A stretch of DNA of 64,000 nt from NCBI GenBank assembly GCA_019347945.1, contig JAHWKK010000001.1, positions 3,299-67,298 of the forward strand. The letters run 5' to 3'. Positions 27,105 to 36,561 of the stretch are shown here, in pieces. The notes beneath the pieces were generated by a model, which worked only from the letters and a program-made list of their open reading frames with translations, was not told the DNA's origin and did no database searches. The stretch is from Acidobacteriota bacterium (GTDB lineage: Bacteria; Acidobacteriota; Thermoanaerobaculia; Gp7-AA8; JAHWKK01). A program made the translations under genes and the position numbers. The stretch's first letter is position 1; every line of letters begins with the position of its first letter.

Positions 27105-27685
27105 TTACTCTCCTCCGGCGGGAAAATCCCGACGCTTTTCATCATACGGTACAACCTCGCAAGAGGAAGGCCGACTACATTCGAGTAGCTTCCGGTCAGC
27201 TCTTCAATGAAGAGGGCCCCGACACCCTGGGCGGCGTACGCACCCGCCTTGTCCATCGACTCGCCCGTCGAGAGATACCAGGCGATCTCGTCGCGCAGCA
27301 TCTCGGCGATCTTCACGTCGGTCGCCGTGACCGTCGTCTCGGTGTGCACCTGCTGCCTGTGGAGCGTGACGGCTGTGAGCACGGTATGAGTACGCCCCGA
27401 GAGCCGCGAGAGCATCGCCGCCGCATCGGTCTCCGAGACGGGCTTTTCGAGGATCTCGCCTTCGAGAACGACGATGGTGTCGGCGGCGACGATCCAGTCG
27501 TCCGGCTGCTTCCTGCCGACCGAGACGGCCTTCTCCTCGGAGAGCCTGGTGACGTATTCGCCGGGCGATTCTCCGGGCTCGAGCCGCTCTTCGATCCGGC
27601 TCGGAATGACGATCGGGTCGATACCGATCGAGCGCAGCAGCTCGAGCCGTCGGGGAGAACCGGACGCGAGGATGAGGCGTGTCAC
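27101..27685 (-). CDS. maf: Maf-like nucleoside triphosphate pyrophosphatase
   Basis: LILASGSPRRLELLRSIGIDP...AADTIVVLEGEILEKP...LSGRTHTVLTAVTL... 194 aa. Overlaps galU stop by 4 bp. Confidence 0.85.
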   Translation of the reverse strand: MTRLILASGSPRRLELLRSIGIDPIVIPSRIEERLEPGESPGEYVTRLSEEKAVSVGRKQPDDWIVAADTIVVLEGEILEKPVSETDAAAMLSRLSGRTHTVLTAVTLHRQQVHTETTVTATDVKIAEMLRDEIAWYLSTGESMDKAGAYAAQGVGALFIEELTGSYSNVVGLPLARLYRMMKSVGIFPPEESK

Positions 27686-28554
27686 CTCGAGATGGTCCGT
27701 CTCAGAAACTCGGTGAACGCTTCACCAATGACGGGATGACGGAGGCCAGCCGCGACGTTTGCCTCGAGCCAGCCGAGGCTTTCGCCCGCGTCGTACCGGG
27801 TACCTTCGAAAACGAGGCCGTAGATCTCCCCCTGCTGCATCAGCCGCTGAAGAGCATCGGTCAGCTGAATCTCGCCTCCCGCGCCCGCTCCGGTCTGTTC
27901 GAGATGTTCGAAGACCCCCGGGGTCAGGAGATACCGGCCGATGATCGCGAGGTTCGACGGAGGGACGCCGGCAGGTTTCTCGACCATGTTTTCGATCAGG
28001 TAGAGATTCGCGGCCACCTTCTTCCCCTCGATGATCCCGTAGCGCGAAGCCTGGTCCTCCGGCACCTCCATCAGAGCGACCACTGGACGTTTCTTCTCCT
28101 CCCAGACTCTGCCGAGCTGCGCGAGCACGGGGACGTCGGAGATGATGACGTCGTCCGGAAGAAGGACCGCGAACGGCTCGTCTCCGACGAGCGGGCGGGC
28201 CGAGCGAACGGCGTCGCCGAGCCCGAGGACCGCTTTCTGCCGGATCGACGAGACCTCGGCGAGAGAGCTGACCTGTTCGATCAGCTCCAGAAGCTCCGGC
28301 TTGTTCTTATGACGGAGATTCTCTTCCAGCCCGCGGTTCCGATCGAAGTGATCGAGAATCGAGTTCTTGCCGCGAGAGGTGACGATGACGACCCGTTCCA
28401 TGCCGGAGGAGACAGCTTCCTCGACGCCGTACTGGATGATCGGCTTGTCCACGAGCGGAAGCATCTCTTTCGGGATCTCTTTGGTGGCGGGAAGGCATCT
28501 CGTTCCGTAGCCGGCGCACGGGATCACACACGAACGGATGCGGTTGGAAGCCAT
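27682..28554 (-). CDS. galU: UTP--glucose-1-phosphate uridylyltransferase
   Basis: MASNRIRSCVIPCAGYGTRCLPATKEIPKEMLPLVDKPIIQYGVEEAV... Start ATG 28554 with RBS GGGAG (the track ORF starts 33 codons earlier). Confidence 0.9.
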   Translation of the reverse strand: MASNRIRSCVIPCAGYGTRCLPATKEIPKEMLPLVDKPIIQYGVEEAVSSGMERVVIVTSRGKNSILDHFDRNRGLEENLRHKNKPELLELIEQVSSLAEVSSIRQKAVLGLGDAVRSARPLVGDEPFAVLLPDDVIISDVPVLAQLGRVWEEKKRPVVALMEVPEDQASRYGIIEGKKVAANLYLIENMVEKPAGVPPSNLAIIGRYLLTPGVFEHLEQTGAGAGGEIQLTDALQRLMQQGEIYGLVFEGTRYDAGESLGWLEANVAAGLRHPVIGEAFTEFLRRTISR

Positions 28555-28573
28555 GTTCGGGTCGCTCCCGTGC

Positions 28574-29506
<933 letters not shown>

Positions 29507-29597
29507 TCAGAGCTCCGTGGGAAGTTGTTGTCCCGCAGATTGTATACGGCGTGAGGCGAGGGGCCGTCCGGGAGGGAAAGACAGGCGGGAGGGAGTT

Positions 29598-29807
29598 TCA
29601 GTCCTGATCTGCTTCCCGAACAGCTTCGTTGGCGCCTTTGAAACCGATCTTCGAGTGGGTGCCGTCGCAGTAGGGCTTGGTGGTCGATCCGCCGCAACGG
29701 CAGAGAGCCTTCTTGAGGGGCTCGGTCTCGTTGCCGTTCTCGTCGACGAGTGTGAAGTCACCCTCGACGATCAGGGGGCCGTCGGGTCTTACCTTGATTT
29801 TGGTCAA
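29598..29807 (-). CDS. CDGSH-type iron-sulfur domain protein
   Basis: 69 aa. ...CRCGGSTTKPYCDGTHSKIGF... matches the CDGSH zinc-finger/[2Fe-2S] motif C-x-C-x2-(S/T)-x3-P-x-C-D-G-(S/A/T)-H. Confidence 0.7.
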   Translation of the reverse strand: MTKIKVRPDGPLIVEGDFTLVDENGNETEPLKKALCRCGGSTTKPYCDGTHSKIGFKGANEAVREADQD

Positions 29808-29815
29808 AAGCTCTC

Positions 29816-30181
29816 CTAGAAGACGGGATTGTCGACGTTATGCTCGAAATGCCAGTTGTAGGTGTAGCCGGGGAACTCGACCGGTATGGTGTACTCGACG
29901 TCGATTCTGACGCGGCTGTTTCCTCGGGTGACTCGGAGGTTCTTTTCCTCGAGGGGTACCTCGAGCTCGCGCGCACGGTGAAGAATTCGCTCACGGATGT
30001 CTTTCGGGCCCTTCCGGAGGCCGGCTGATTTCCCCTCGTCGACGACGAACTGCTTCATCTCGGCGGCCTTGACCTTTACGGGAATCATCTTGTACGCGAC
30101 GAAGACACAGCCGAGGAGAATGATGAGGCCGATGATGCACCCGACCTGTCCTTCGCCACGTTCGCCTTTCCTGCTGAGCAT
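29816..30181 (-). CDS. Small hypothetical membrane protein (1 TM)
   Basis: MLSRKGERGEGQVGCIIGLIILLGCVFVAYKMIPVKVKAAEMKQF... 121 aa, no motif recognised. Confidence 0.5.
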   Translation of the reverse strand: MLSRKGERGEGQVGCIIGLIILLGCVFVAYKMIPVKVKAAEMKQFVVDEGKSAGLRKGPKDIRERILHRARELEVPLEEKNLRVTRGNSRVRIDVEYTIPVEFPGYTYNWHFEHNVDNPVF

Positions 30182-30250
30182 GTGCGGACCTCCATGCCGA
30201 GATTAAAGAACCCCGACCCGGCAGTCAATGGGCGGCTCGGGAGTCGCTGG

Positions 30251-31900
30251 TCAGGTCGAGACCGTGCGCCGATGATCGACCTCGGCGCCCTGGGAATCGA
30301 TTTCGGCCACGACCTTGTAGACGGGCATCTTCTTCGAGATTCCCTTCAGGGGCACCTCGCCGAGGCTCTCCACCCTGAAGTGATCGGATACGACGGACCA
30401 GGTGTTCTCGGAGATGACGACGTCACCCGGTTTCGCGACGCTGCTTTCGAGTCGTGAAGCGATGTTGACGCTGCTGCCGAGAACCGTGTAGTCCACACGC
30501 TTTTCAGTGCCGACGTTGCCGACGACCGCGGGCCCGGAGTTGATGCCTACGCGAATTCGAACTTCCGAGAGGCCGTCGGCTTTTCGCTCCTCGTTCCAGC
30601 GATCGATCAGTCGCTGCATCATCATTCCGGCGCGGACGGCACGGAGGGCATGGTCGTCCTGGGCAAGAGGAGCGCCGAAAAACGCCAGAACGGCGTCGCC
30701 GATGAATTTGTCGAGCGTTCCACCGTGAGCAAAGATCGCATCGACCGCCGCCGAGAAGAAGTGCGACAGAAACTCGGAAACCTCCGCGGGAGCTTTCGTC
30801 TCGGAAACGCTGGTGAAGCCGGTGAGGTCAGCGAAGAGAATCGTGACGTCGGCGTTCCGGATCTCCTCGGGATCGGCTGATCCGGCATTGCGAACGATCT
30901 CGTCGATGACACCGGGGGAGTGGTAGCGCTCGAGCTTGCCGCGAATCTTTTTCTCTTCCTCGATCTTCTGGGAGAGCTGCGCACGCTCGATCGCAACGGC
31001 GGCGAAGTTCGCGAGCGCGGTCATCATGTCGAGGTCTTCCTGTGTGAACCGCCCGATGTGGATGGCGGAGTCGACCTGGATCGCGCCGATCACGCGGTTG
31101 CGATTCCACAGGGGGACACACATCGCGGACCTGATTCCATGGATCGCGATCGACTTTCCTCCCATGAGCCGGGCGTCTTCCAGAGCGTTGGAGGTCAGCA
31201 GCGAGACCTGATCATCGCGAACCATCTTGAGAATGGTCCGGGAGATCGGGATGTCCTCCCGTTCGGCGCCCTCGCGGAACTTCGTCAGCCGGGGGATCGG
31301 TTCGCCCTCGGCGTCGAAGAGGATCAGAAGGCCTCGCTCGACCGCAAGATGTTTGAAGATGATCTCCATCACGGTTTCGAGGATCTCGTTCAGATCCTCG
31401 GACTGCATCAGGGCCCGGGCGACCTGGACGAGGACCCCGAGAATCTTTTCGCGGGTGAAGCCCTGAGGAGTCGAGGGGTCGACGGCAGCGGGGGCTTCTC
31501 CGGTCACCGGGACGTCCAGCCCGAACTCCGAATTGAAGTCGGAAATCCGGCGGATCACCGTTCCACTCATATCCTCGAAAGGGGTGTCGTCGGAGAAATC
31601 GACGGCGGGACGCGCTCGAACCTCGAGATCGAGGGATCCGAAGTTGATCTTGTCGTCGGCCTTGATCCCGGCTTCGCTGATGGCCGTTCCGTTGACCTTG
31701 ATTCCGTTGGTCGAGTTCAGATCGACGACCCACCACGAACCGGCGCGCAGCTCGAACTGGCCGTGGCGTCTCGACACCGACGGATGGTTGAAGATCAGAT
31801 CGTTTCCCTCGGTTCTCCCCGCGGTCAGCGGACCGGGCGGCTGCAGCTCGAGAATGCGAGGCTCCCCTTCCTCGAGGAAATGAAGCTGGAGATTCTCCAT
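30251..31900 (-). CDS. FHA - GAF - class III adenylate/guanylate cyclase
   Basis: N-terminal FHA (TAGRTEGNDLIFNHPSVSRRHGQFELRAGSWWVVDLNSTNGIKVNG). Central GAF-like region. C-terminal cyclase core (ILFADLTGFTSVSE...FIGDAVLAFFGAP...RIRVGINSGPAVVGNVG...DYTVLGSSVNIASRLES). TATAAT 13 nt upstream of the ATG. Confidence 0.85.
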   Translation of the reverse strand: MENLQLHFLEEGEPRILELQPPGPLTAGRTEGNDLIFNHPSVSRRHGQFELRAGSWWVVDLNSTNGIKVNGTAISEAGIKADDKINFGSLDLEVRARPAVDFSDDTPFEDMSGTVIRRISDFNSEFGLDVPVTGEAPAAVDPSTPQGFTREKILGVLVQVARALMQSEDLNEILETVMEIIFKHLAVERGLLILFDAEGEPIPRLTKFREGAEREDIPISRTILKMVRDDQVSLLTSNALEDARLMGGKSIAIHGIRSAMCVPLWNRNRVIGAIQVDSAIHIGRFTQEDLDMMTALANFAAVAIERAQLSQKIEEEKKIRGKLERYHSPGVIDEIVRNAGSADPEEIRNADVTILFADLTGFTSVSETKAPAEVSEFLSHFFSAAVDAIFAHGGTLDKFIGDAVLAFFGAPLAQDDHALRAVRAGMMMQRLIDRWNEERKADGLSEVRIRVGINSGPAVVGNVGTEKRVDYTVLGSSVNIASRLESSVAKPGDVVISENTWSVVSDHFRVESLGEVPLKGISKKMPVYKVVAEIDSQGAEVDHRRTVST

Positions 31901-31983
31901 TGCGACCCGACCGATTATACAAGCGCTTTCATTTTCACGGAGATGGACGCGTTATAATCGGTTCCTCGAACGGAGGAGGTGCG

Positions 31984-33012
31984 ATGGACGGCGAAGCCGA
32001 ACAGGAGCCCACCGGCAAGGCGAAGCGGTACAGAGTCGAGATCGCTCAGTTGAGCGACGTAGGTCGTGTGCGAACCGAGAACCAGGATTTCGCCACGTCG
32101 ACCGAGCCCGCGGACCGCTCGCAGCGCGGACAGGTCATGGTTGTCGCTGATGGGATGGGTGGTCACAAGGGCGGGGCCACCGCCTCGAAACTTTCCGCAA
32201 CGATGGTGCGGGACGAATACATGGCTTCAGCGGAGGAAGACGTGGCTGAGGCTCTCCGCGCCGCTCTGCTCTCCGCGAACCAGGCGATCCACCAGAAGGC
32301 CCAGGAGGACCGGTCCCTCGAAGGAATGGGAACGACGACGTCGGCCATGGTGGTCAGAGAATCGAAGGTCTGGATCGCGCACGTCGGCGACTCGAGGGTC
32401 TACCGCATCCGCGACGGCGCGATCGAGCAGATGACCGAGGATCATTCGCTCGTGGCGACCATGGTGAAAGAGGGGCTCATCTCTGCTGAGGAAGCGGAGA
32501 CGCATCCCCGCAAGAACGTCCTGCAACGCTCGATGGGAGTCGCGAGTGAGGTCGAGGTCGACGTCTACGGACCGTTTGATCTCCAGGAGGGCGACTATTA
32601 TCTCGGCTGCAGCGACGGTCTTCACGGACAGGTCAAGCCGGAAGAAATTCTCGACATCATCTCCCGGGGAGAGAAGCCCGATGCGATCGCCCGGCGGCTG
32701 GTCGATCTCGCGCTGGAGCGAGGCGCGCCGGACAACGTCACGGTGGTGATTGGTCGTGCGGTCGAAGATGACGGCACACTTCCCGAGGGAGCCGAGCTGA
32801 TCCCACGAGGTGACGACGACACGCTTCGCGGCGAGCTTCCACCGGTCGAGAAAGCGGACACGAGCACACCCCCGGCTCGGACGGGAACCGGTGGCTCCGG
32901 GTGCGTGCTGCAGCTGATCCTGGCCGTCCTCCTGCTCGCCGCGCTCGCCGGATCGATCGCGATGCTGATCGACGAGCAGGCGGTCATCTCGCTTTTCCAG
33001 AGATCTCCCTGA
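31984..33012 (+). CDS. PP2C-family Ser/Thr phosphatase with C-terminal TM anchor
   Basis: ATG 31984 preceded by GGAGGAGG. LSDVGRVRTENQDF...VVADGMGGHKGGATAS... C-terminal hydrophobic helix LQLILAVLLLAALAGSIAMLI. Confidence 0.85.
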   Translation: MDGEAEQEPTGKAKRYRVEIAQLSDVGRVRTENQDFATSTEPADRSQRGQVMVVADGMGGHKGGATASKLSATMVRDEYMASAEEDVAEALRAALLSANQAIHQKAQEDRSLEGMGTTTSAMVVRESKVWIAHVGDSRVYRIRDGAIEQMTEDHSLVATMVKEGLISAEEAETHPRKNVLQRSMGVASEVEVDVYGPFDLQEGDYYLGCSDGLHGQVKPEEILDIISRGEKPDAIARRLVDLALERGAPDNVTVVIGRAVEDDGTLPEGAELIPRGDDDTLRGELPPVEKADTSTPPARTGTGGSGCVLQLILAVLLLAALAGSIAMLIDEQAVISLFQRSP

Positions 33013-33033
33013 CGGAGTCGAAGTTACCGGCCA

Positions 33034-34680
33034 ATGAAAACGCGGGCAGATGGCAGGTTGGCTTGGCCGGTCGGCCTCGCTGCCACTTTGATCATTTCAT
33101 CCTGCAGCGATGGTCGTGCGCTCGAGCCTCGACAGCGAATGGCTTACGCGGTCAAGCCGGCGGTGGTCAGAGTCAATGCATACGCGACCGGTGAACTGGT
33201 CGTGAGCGCCGAGCTCGTGGAAGCCGCAACACGCGTGAAGGGAGTGCCGAATCTGGAGCCGGAATCCGACCTGATCGTATCGACCGGTGCGGGCAGCTCG
33301 GGAAGCGGTTTCATCGTTCATCCAGACGGATTGATCGTGACGAGCGCGCATGTCGTCGCACAACCCCCCTCCGAACAACAGGTCGCTCAGCAACTGAGAT
33401 TCAACGGAGCGCTCGCCGTGCTGACGAGCCTCATCCCGGAGGACGAGATCGGCGCGCTTCAGCGCTCCGGCGAGCTCGAGAGACTCGCCCGGAGAATCGG
33501 CGACGGCGCCGAGCTCCGCGCTGTGGAAATCCGACGCACGGTCGATCTGTCGAATGGCGAGAGATTCCCATTCGAGATCAGCGCGATCTCGCCCCCCTTC
33601 GACGATGGAGGAAACGATCTCGCACTTCTGACGATCTCTCGCCGCAACCTTCCGACACTCCGTCTCGCTCCTCCGAGAGACGCGAATCTGCAGGAGAGCG
33701 TCTGGATCGCGGGTTATCCGGCAGTCGCGAGCACGAGCGACTCATCGATCGGAGCGTGGCTGTCACGCGACACCGACCTCGAGGCGACGTTCACTTCGGG
33801 CTCGATTACGGCTCAACGAAACTCGCGAAATGGCACACCGCTGCTCCAGACCGACGCCGAGGTCTACCCGGGCAACTCCGGCGGACCCGCAGTGGACGAG
33901 TCGGGCGAGGTCATCGGGATTCCGACATGGGGACACGCGGAAGCCGGGAGTATCCGATTTCTGGTGGCGGTGGGTCCGATCCGGGATCTCGTCGAGGGAG
34001 CCGGAATCGAGATCAATCAGGAGAGTGAGTTCGATGCGGTCTGGGACGAGGCGCTGGCCAGTGCTTCTCGCGGCGATTGGCGGGCAGCCCGGCGGAGCCT
34101 GAAGGCCGCGGATGCCCTCTTTTCCGGGTCTCCGGATCTGGCGCGCCTTCGGGCGGATGCAACTCTCGCTCTGGAAGAGGCGTCCGTAGAGGTCCCCCGG
34201 ATTGCGATCGTCTCCCTGGTACTGGTGGGGGTGGGGATTTTCGCAGCGCGGCGTTTTTACCGGTACGTTAGGCATCGCAGGCCGTCGCCGGTTTCGTATG
34301 TCGAGGAAATCCGGCTTCTTCCCGCCGGGGGAGCGACCCTGCACGAAACCGAAAGTGGCGCAAATGGCCTTGGAAGTTTTACGATTCTCAATGGAGAGCG
34401 CGCGGGTGTCCGGTTCTCCCTCGGGGGTCCGGGTATTCGAATCGGTCGGGACGCGAGAATTTGTGAGCTCGTGCTCGAGAACCCGAAGGTGTCGCGTCTT
34501 CATGCGGAAGTGGTGAAACTCGACGGACGAACGATGCTGATCGACAGGAACTCGTCGAACGGAACCTGGGTCAACGACGAAAGGGTCGAGAAGGTGCTGC
34601 TCGCCGACGGGGACATCATTTACTTCGGTGGCCGGCACGCGGTCGCGGCGGCTTTCCGACGAGAGGAGAGAAGTGCCTGA
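33034..34680 (+). CDS. Trypsin-like serine protease (periplasmic, possible lipoprotein) - TM helix - cytoplasmic FHA domain
   Basis: Signal/lipobox-like LAATLIISSCSDG. Chymotrypsin-fold motifs GSGFIVHPDGLIVTSAHVV (His), LALLTI (Asp region), GNSGGPAVDESGEVIGIPTWG (Ser). TM IAIVSLVLVGVGIFAARRFY. C-terminal FHA (FTILNGERAGVRFSLGGPGIRIGRDARICELVLENPKVSRLHAEVVKLDGRTMLIDRNSSNGTWVNDERV). Confidence 0.8.
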   Translation: MKTRADGRLAWPVGLAATLIISSCSDGRALEPRQRMAYAVKPAVVRVNAYATGELVVSAELVEAATRVKGVPNLEPESDLIVSTGAGSSGSGFIVHPDGLIVTSAHVVAQPPSEQQVAQQLRFNGALAVLTSLIPEDEIGALQRSGELERLARRIGDGAELRAVEIRRTVDLSNGERFPFEISAISPPFDDGGNDLALLTISRRNLPTLRLAPPRDANLQESVWIAGYPAVASTSDSSIGAWLSRDTDLEATFTSGSITAQRNSRNGTPLLQTDAEVYPGNSGGPAVDESGEVIGIPTWGHAEAGSIRFLVAVGPIRDLVEGAGIEINQESEFDAVWDEALASASRGDWRAARRSLKAADALFSGSPDLARLRADATLALEEASVEVPRIAIVSLVLVGVGIFAARRFYRYVRHRRPSPVSYVEEIRLLPAGGATLHETESGANGLGSFTILNGERAGVRFSLGGPGIRIGRDARICELVLENPKVSRLHAEVVKLDGRTMLIDRNSSNGTWVNDERVEKVLLADGDIIYFGGRHAVAAAFRREERSA

Positions 34681-35263
34681 CAAACGCTGCAGAAACGGTC
34701 ACTTCATCGACGAGAGCTGGGATATCTGTCCCTATTGCCCCGCGGACGCGATGCACCAGAGCGAGGCGCCAACCCGTCCTCCGCGAGAGGCCGCCCCTCC
34801 GACCAATCTGATCGAGCGTCCCGCCGACGGAGCGGCACCGGGAGCGAAGCAGGAGGCCCCCGCACCTCAGAAGACCGTCACCTTCGCCAAGTTCGAAGGA
34901 GGCCTCAGCGAAAGGCAGTACGTCGTCGGCTGGCTGATCGGGCTCAACGGCTCGCTGCAGGGAGAATCGTTCGTCGTGAAGATGGGGCGCAACCGGCTCG
35001 GGAGGTCGCGGGACTCGGAGATCGTGATTCGCGACGACCAGGCCTCGTCGCATCACGCGGATCTGATCTACCGGCCGGAGGAACGGCGATTCATCCTGAT
35101 GGACCACAACTCGACCAACGGTACCTACGTGAACGGCAAAGAGATCGAGCCGAGGCGGGATCTGATCAGCCGGGACGTGGTGACGATCGGATCGCATCGG
35201 CTTCTGTTCATCTCGCTTTCGGAGCTGGGCCTGAACTGGGATGACATTGGTGAGCTGAGATGA
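34673..35263 (+). CDS. Zinc-ribbon + FHA domain protein
   Basis: GTG 34673 (RBS GGAGAG), overlapping the upstream stop. N-terminal KRCRNGHFIDESWDICPYCP (Cys4 ribbon). P/A-rich linker. FHA (FVVKMGRNRLGRSRDSEIVIRDDQASSHHADLIYRPEERRFILMDHNSTNGTYVNGKEI). Confidence 0.65.
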   Translation: MPDKRCRNGHFIDESWDICPYCPADAMHQSEAPTRPPREAAPPTNLIERPADGAAPGAKQEAPAPQKTVTFAKFEGGLSERQYVVGWLIGLNGSLQGESFVVKMGRNRLGRSRDSEIVIRDDQASSHHADLIYRPEERRFILMDHNSTNGTYVNGKEIEPRRDLISRDVVTIGSHRLLFISLSELGLNWDDIGELR

Positions 35264-36510
35264 TCGGAAAAGTCATCGGCAATTATCAGATCGTGCGCGA
35301 GCTGTCCGAGGGAGGGATGAGCCAGGTCTACGTCGCGAAGACGGTCGCGCGGTCGAACATTCTTCCCGAGGGCTACGAGGTGGTGGTCAAGCGGATGCTC
35401 GACGAGCTGGCGGGGGAGGTGGTGGCGAGGAAGCGTTTCGTCAAGGAAGCCCAGATTCTGTCCAAGCTCCGGCATCGCTACATCACGAGATTCTACGAAT
35501 TTCTCACGGTCGACGGATCGGCGGTTCTGATCATGGAGTTCGTGGACGGCGCGCCCGTCGATCACATCATCGCGCAGCGCGGGGCGCTCCCTTCGACCGA
35601 GGCTGTGTCGATCACGCAGGCTCTGCTCGAGGCGCTGGTCTACGCGCACGGCAAGGGCATCGTTCATCGCGACATCAAACCCGCGAACCTGATCCGGCAG
35701 ACCAACGGGATGCTGAAGGTGACGGACTTCGGAATCGCGAAAATCAAGGACAGTAGCGCTCAGGGCTCCGGTCAGACGGTGCTCACCAAGAGCGGATTCC
35801 TCCTGGGCACCCCGCACTACATGTCCGCAGAGCAGATTCGAGAGCCCCGGGAAGCGGGACCTCAGTGCGACGTCTACTCGGCCGCCGTCGTGCTCTACGA
35901 GATGCTTACGGGAGATCTTCCTTTCAACAGCCGATCTCTTCCGAAGCTGATCGACCAGATCTACCGGGGCGACAAGAAGAGACCCTCGGAGATCAATCCG
36001 CGAATCGACGGCGAGCTCGACGACATCGTTCTGAAGGGGATGCATCCCGATCCCGGGCAGCGCTACCAGACCGCACGCGACTTCTACGAGGCGCTCGAAG
36101 AATACGGAGCGCGCCCCATGCTGGTGACACCCCTGCCGGCCCCCGAGGTCAGTTCCGGACCTCCCCACGCGTTCGACAACCCGGCGGAGACGGCACAGGA
36201 CGTCGAGTGGAGTCTGGTGCGAGTCAAGGGCGGCAACGAGTCGCACGATCTGCAGGCCGGGAGCGTGGTCATCGGTCGCGACCGCACATGCGAGATCGTT
36301 CTTTCACATCCCGCGGTGTCACGAAAGCACGCGAAGATTACGCGAGAAGGTGCAATGTTCACCGTGGAGGACCTTCAGTCTGCCAATGGAACCTATGTCA
36401 ACCAGTCGAGAGTCCAGCGCCAGTCGCTCAAGCCGGGTGACGTGGTACGGTTCGGAGCGGATCCCGCCTGCAGTTACGTGATTCGAGGTCGGGCGGAGGG
36501 AAATGCCTGA
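35260..36510 (+). CDS. Ser/Thr protein kinase with C-terminal FHA domain
   Basis: ATGA overlap with the upstream gene. Kinase motifs GGMSQVYVAKT...VVKRM (VAIK-like)...IVHRDIKPANLI...VTDFGIAK...GTPHYMSAEQ. C-terminal FHA (VIGRDRTCEIVLSHPAVSRKHAKITREGAMFTVEDLQSANGTYVNQ). Confidence 0.85.
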   Translation: MIGKVIGNYQIVRELSEGGMSQVYVAKTVARSNILPEGYEVVVKRMLDELAGEVVARKRFVKEAQILSKLRHRYITRFYEFLTVDGSAVLIMEFVDGAPVDHIIAQRGALPSTEAVSITQALLEALVYAHGKGIVHRDIKPANLIRQTNGMLKVTDFGIAKIKDSSAQGSGQTVLTKSGFLLGTPHYMSAEQIREPREAGPQCDVYSAAVVLYEMLTGDLPFNSRSLPKLIDQIYRGDKKRPSEINPRIDGELDDIVLKGMHPDPGQRYQTARDFYEALEEYGARPMLVTPLPAPEVSSGPPHAFDNPAETAQDVEWSLVRVKGGNESHDLQAGSVVIGRDRTCEIVLSHPAVSRKHAKITREGAMFTVEDLQSANGTYVNQSRVQRQSLKPGDVVRFGADPACSYVIRGRAEGNA

Positions 36511-36561
36511 AGTGACACACGCCGTTGTTGAGCCCGAGGATGCGGTCCGGAAAGTCTTTCA

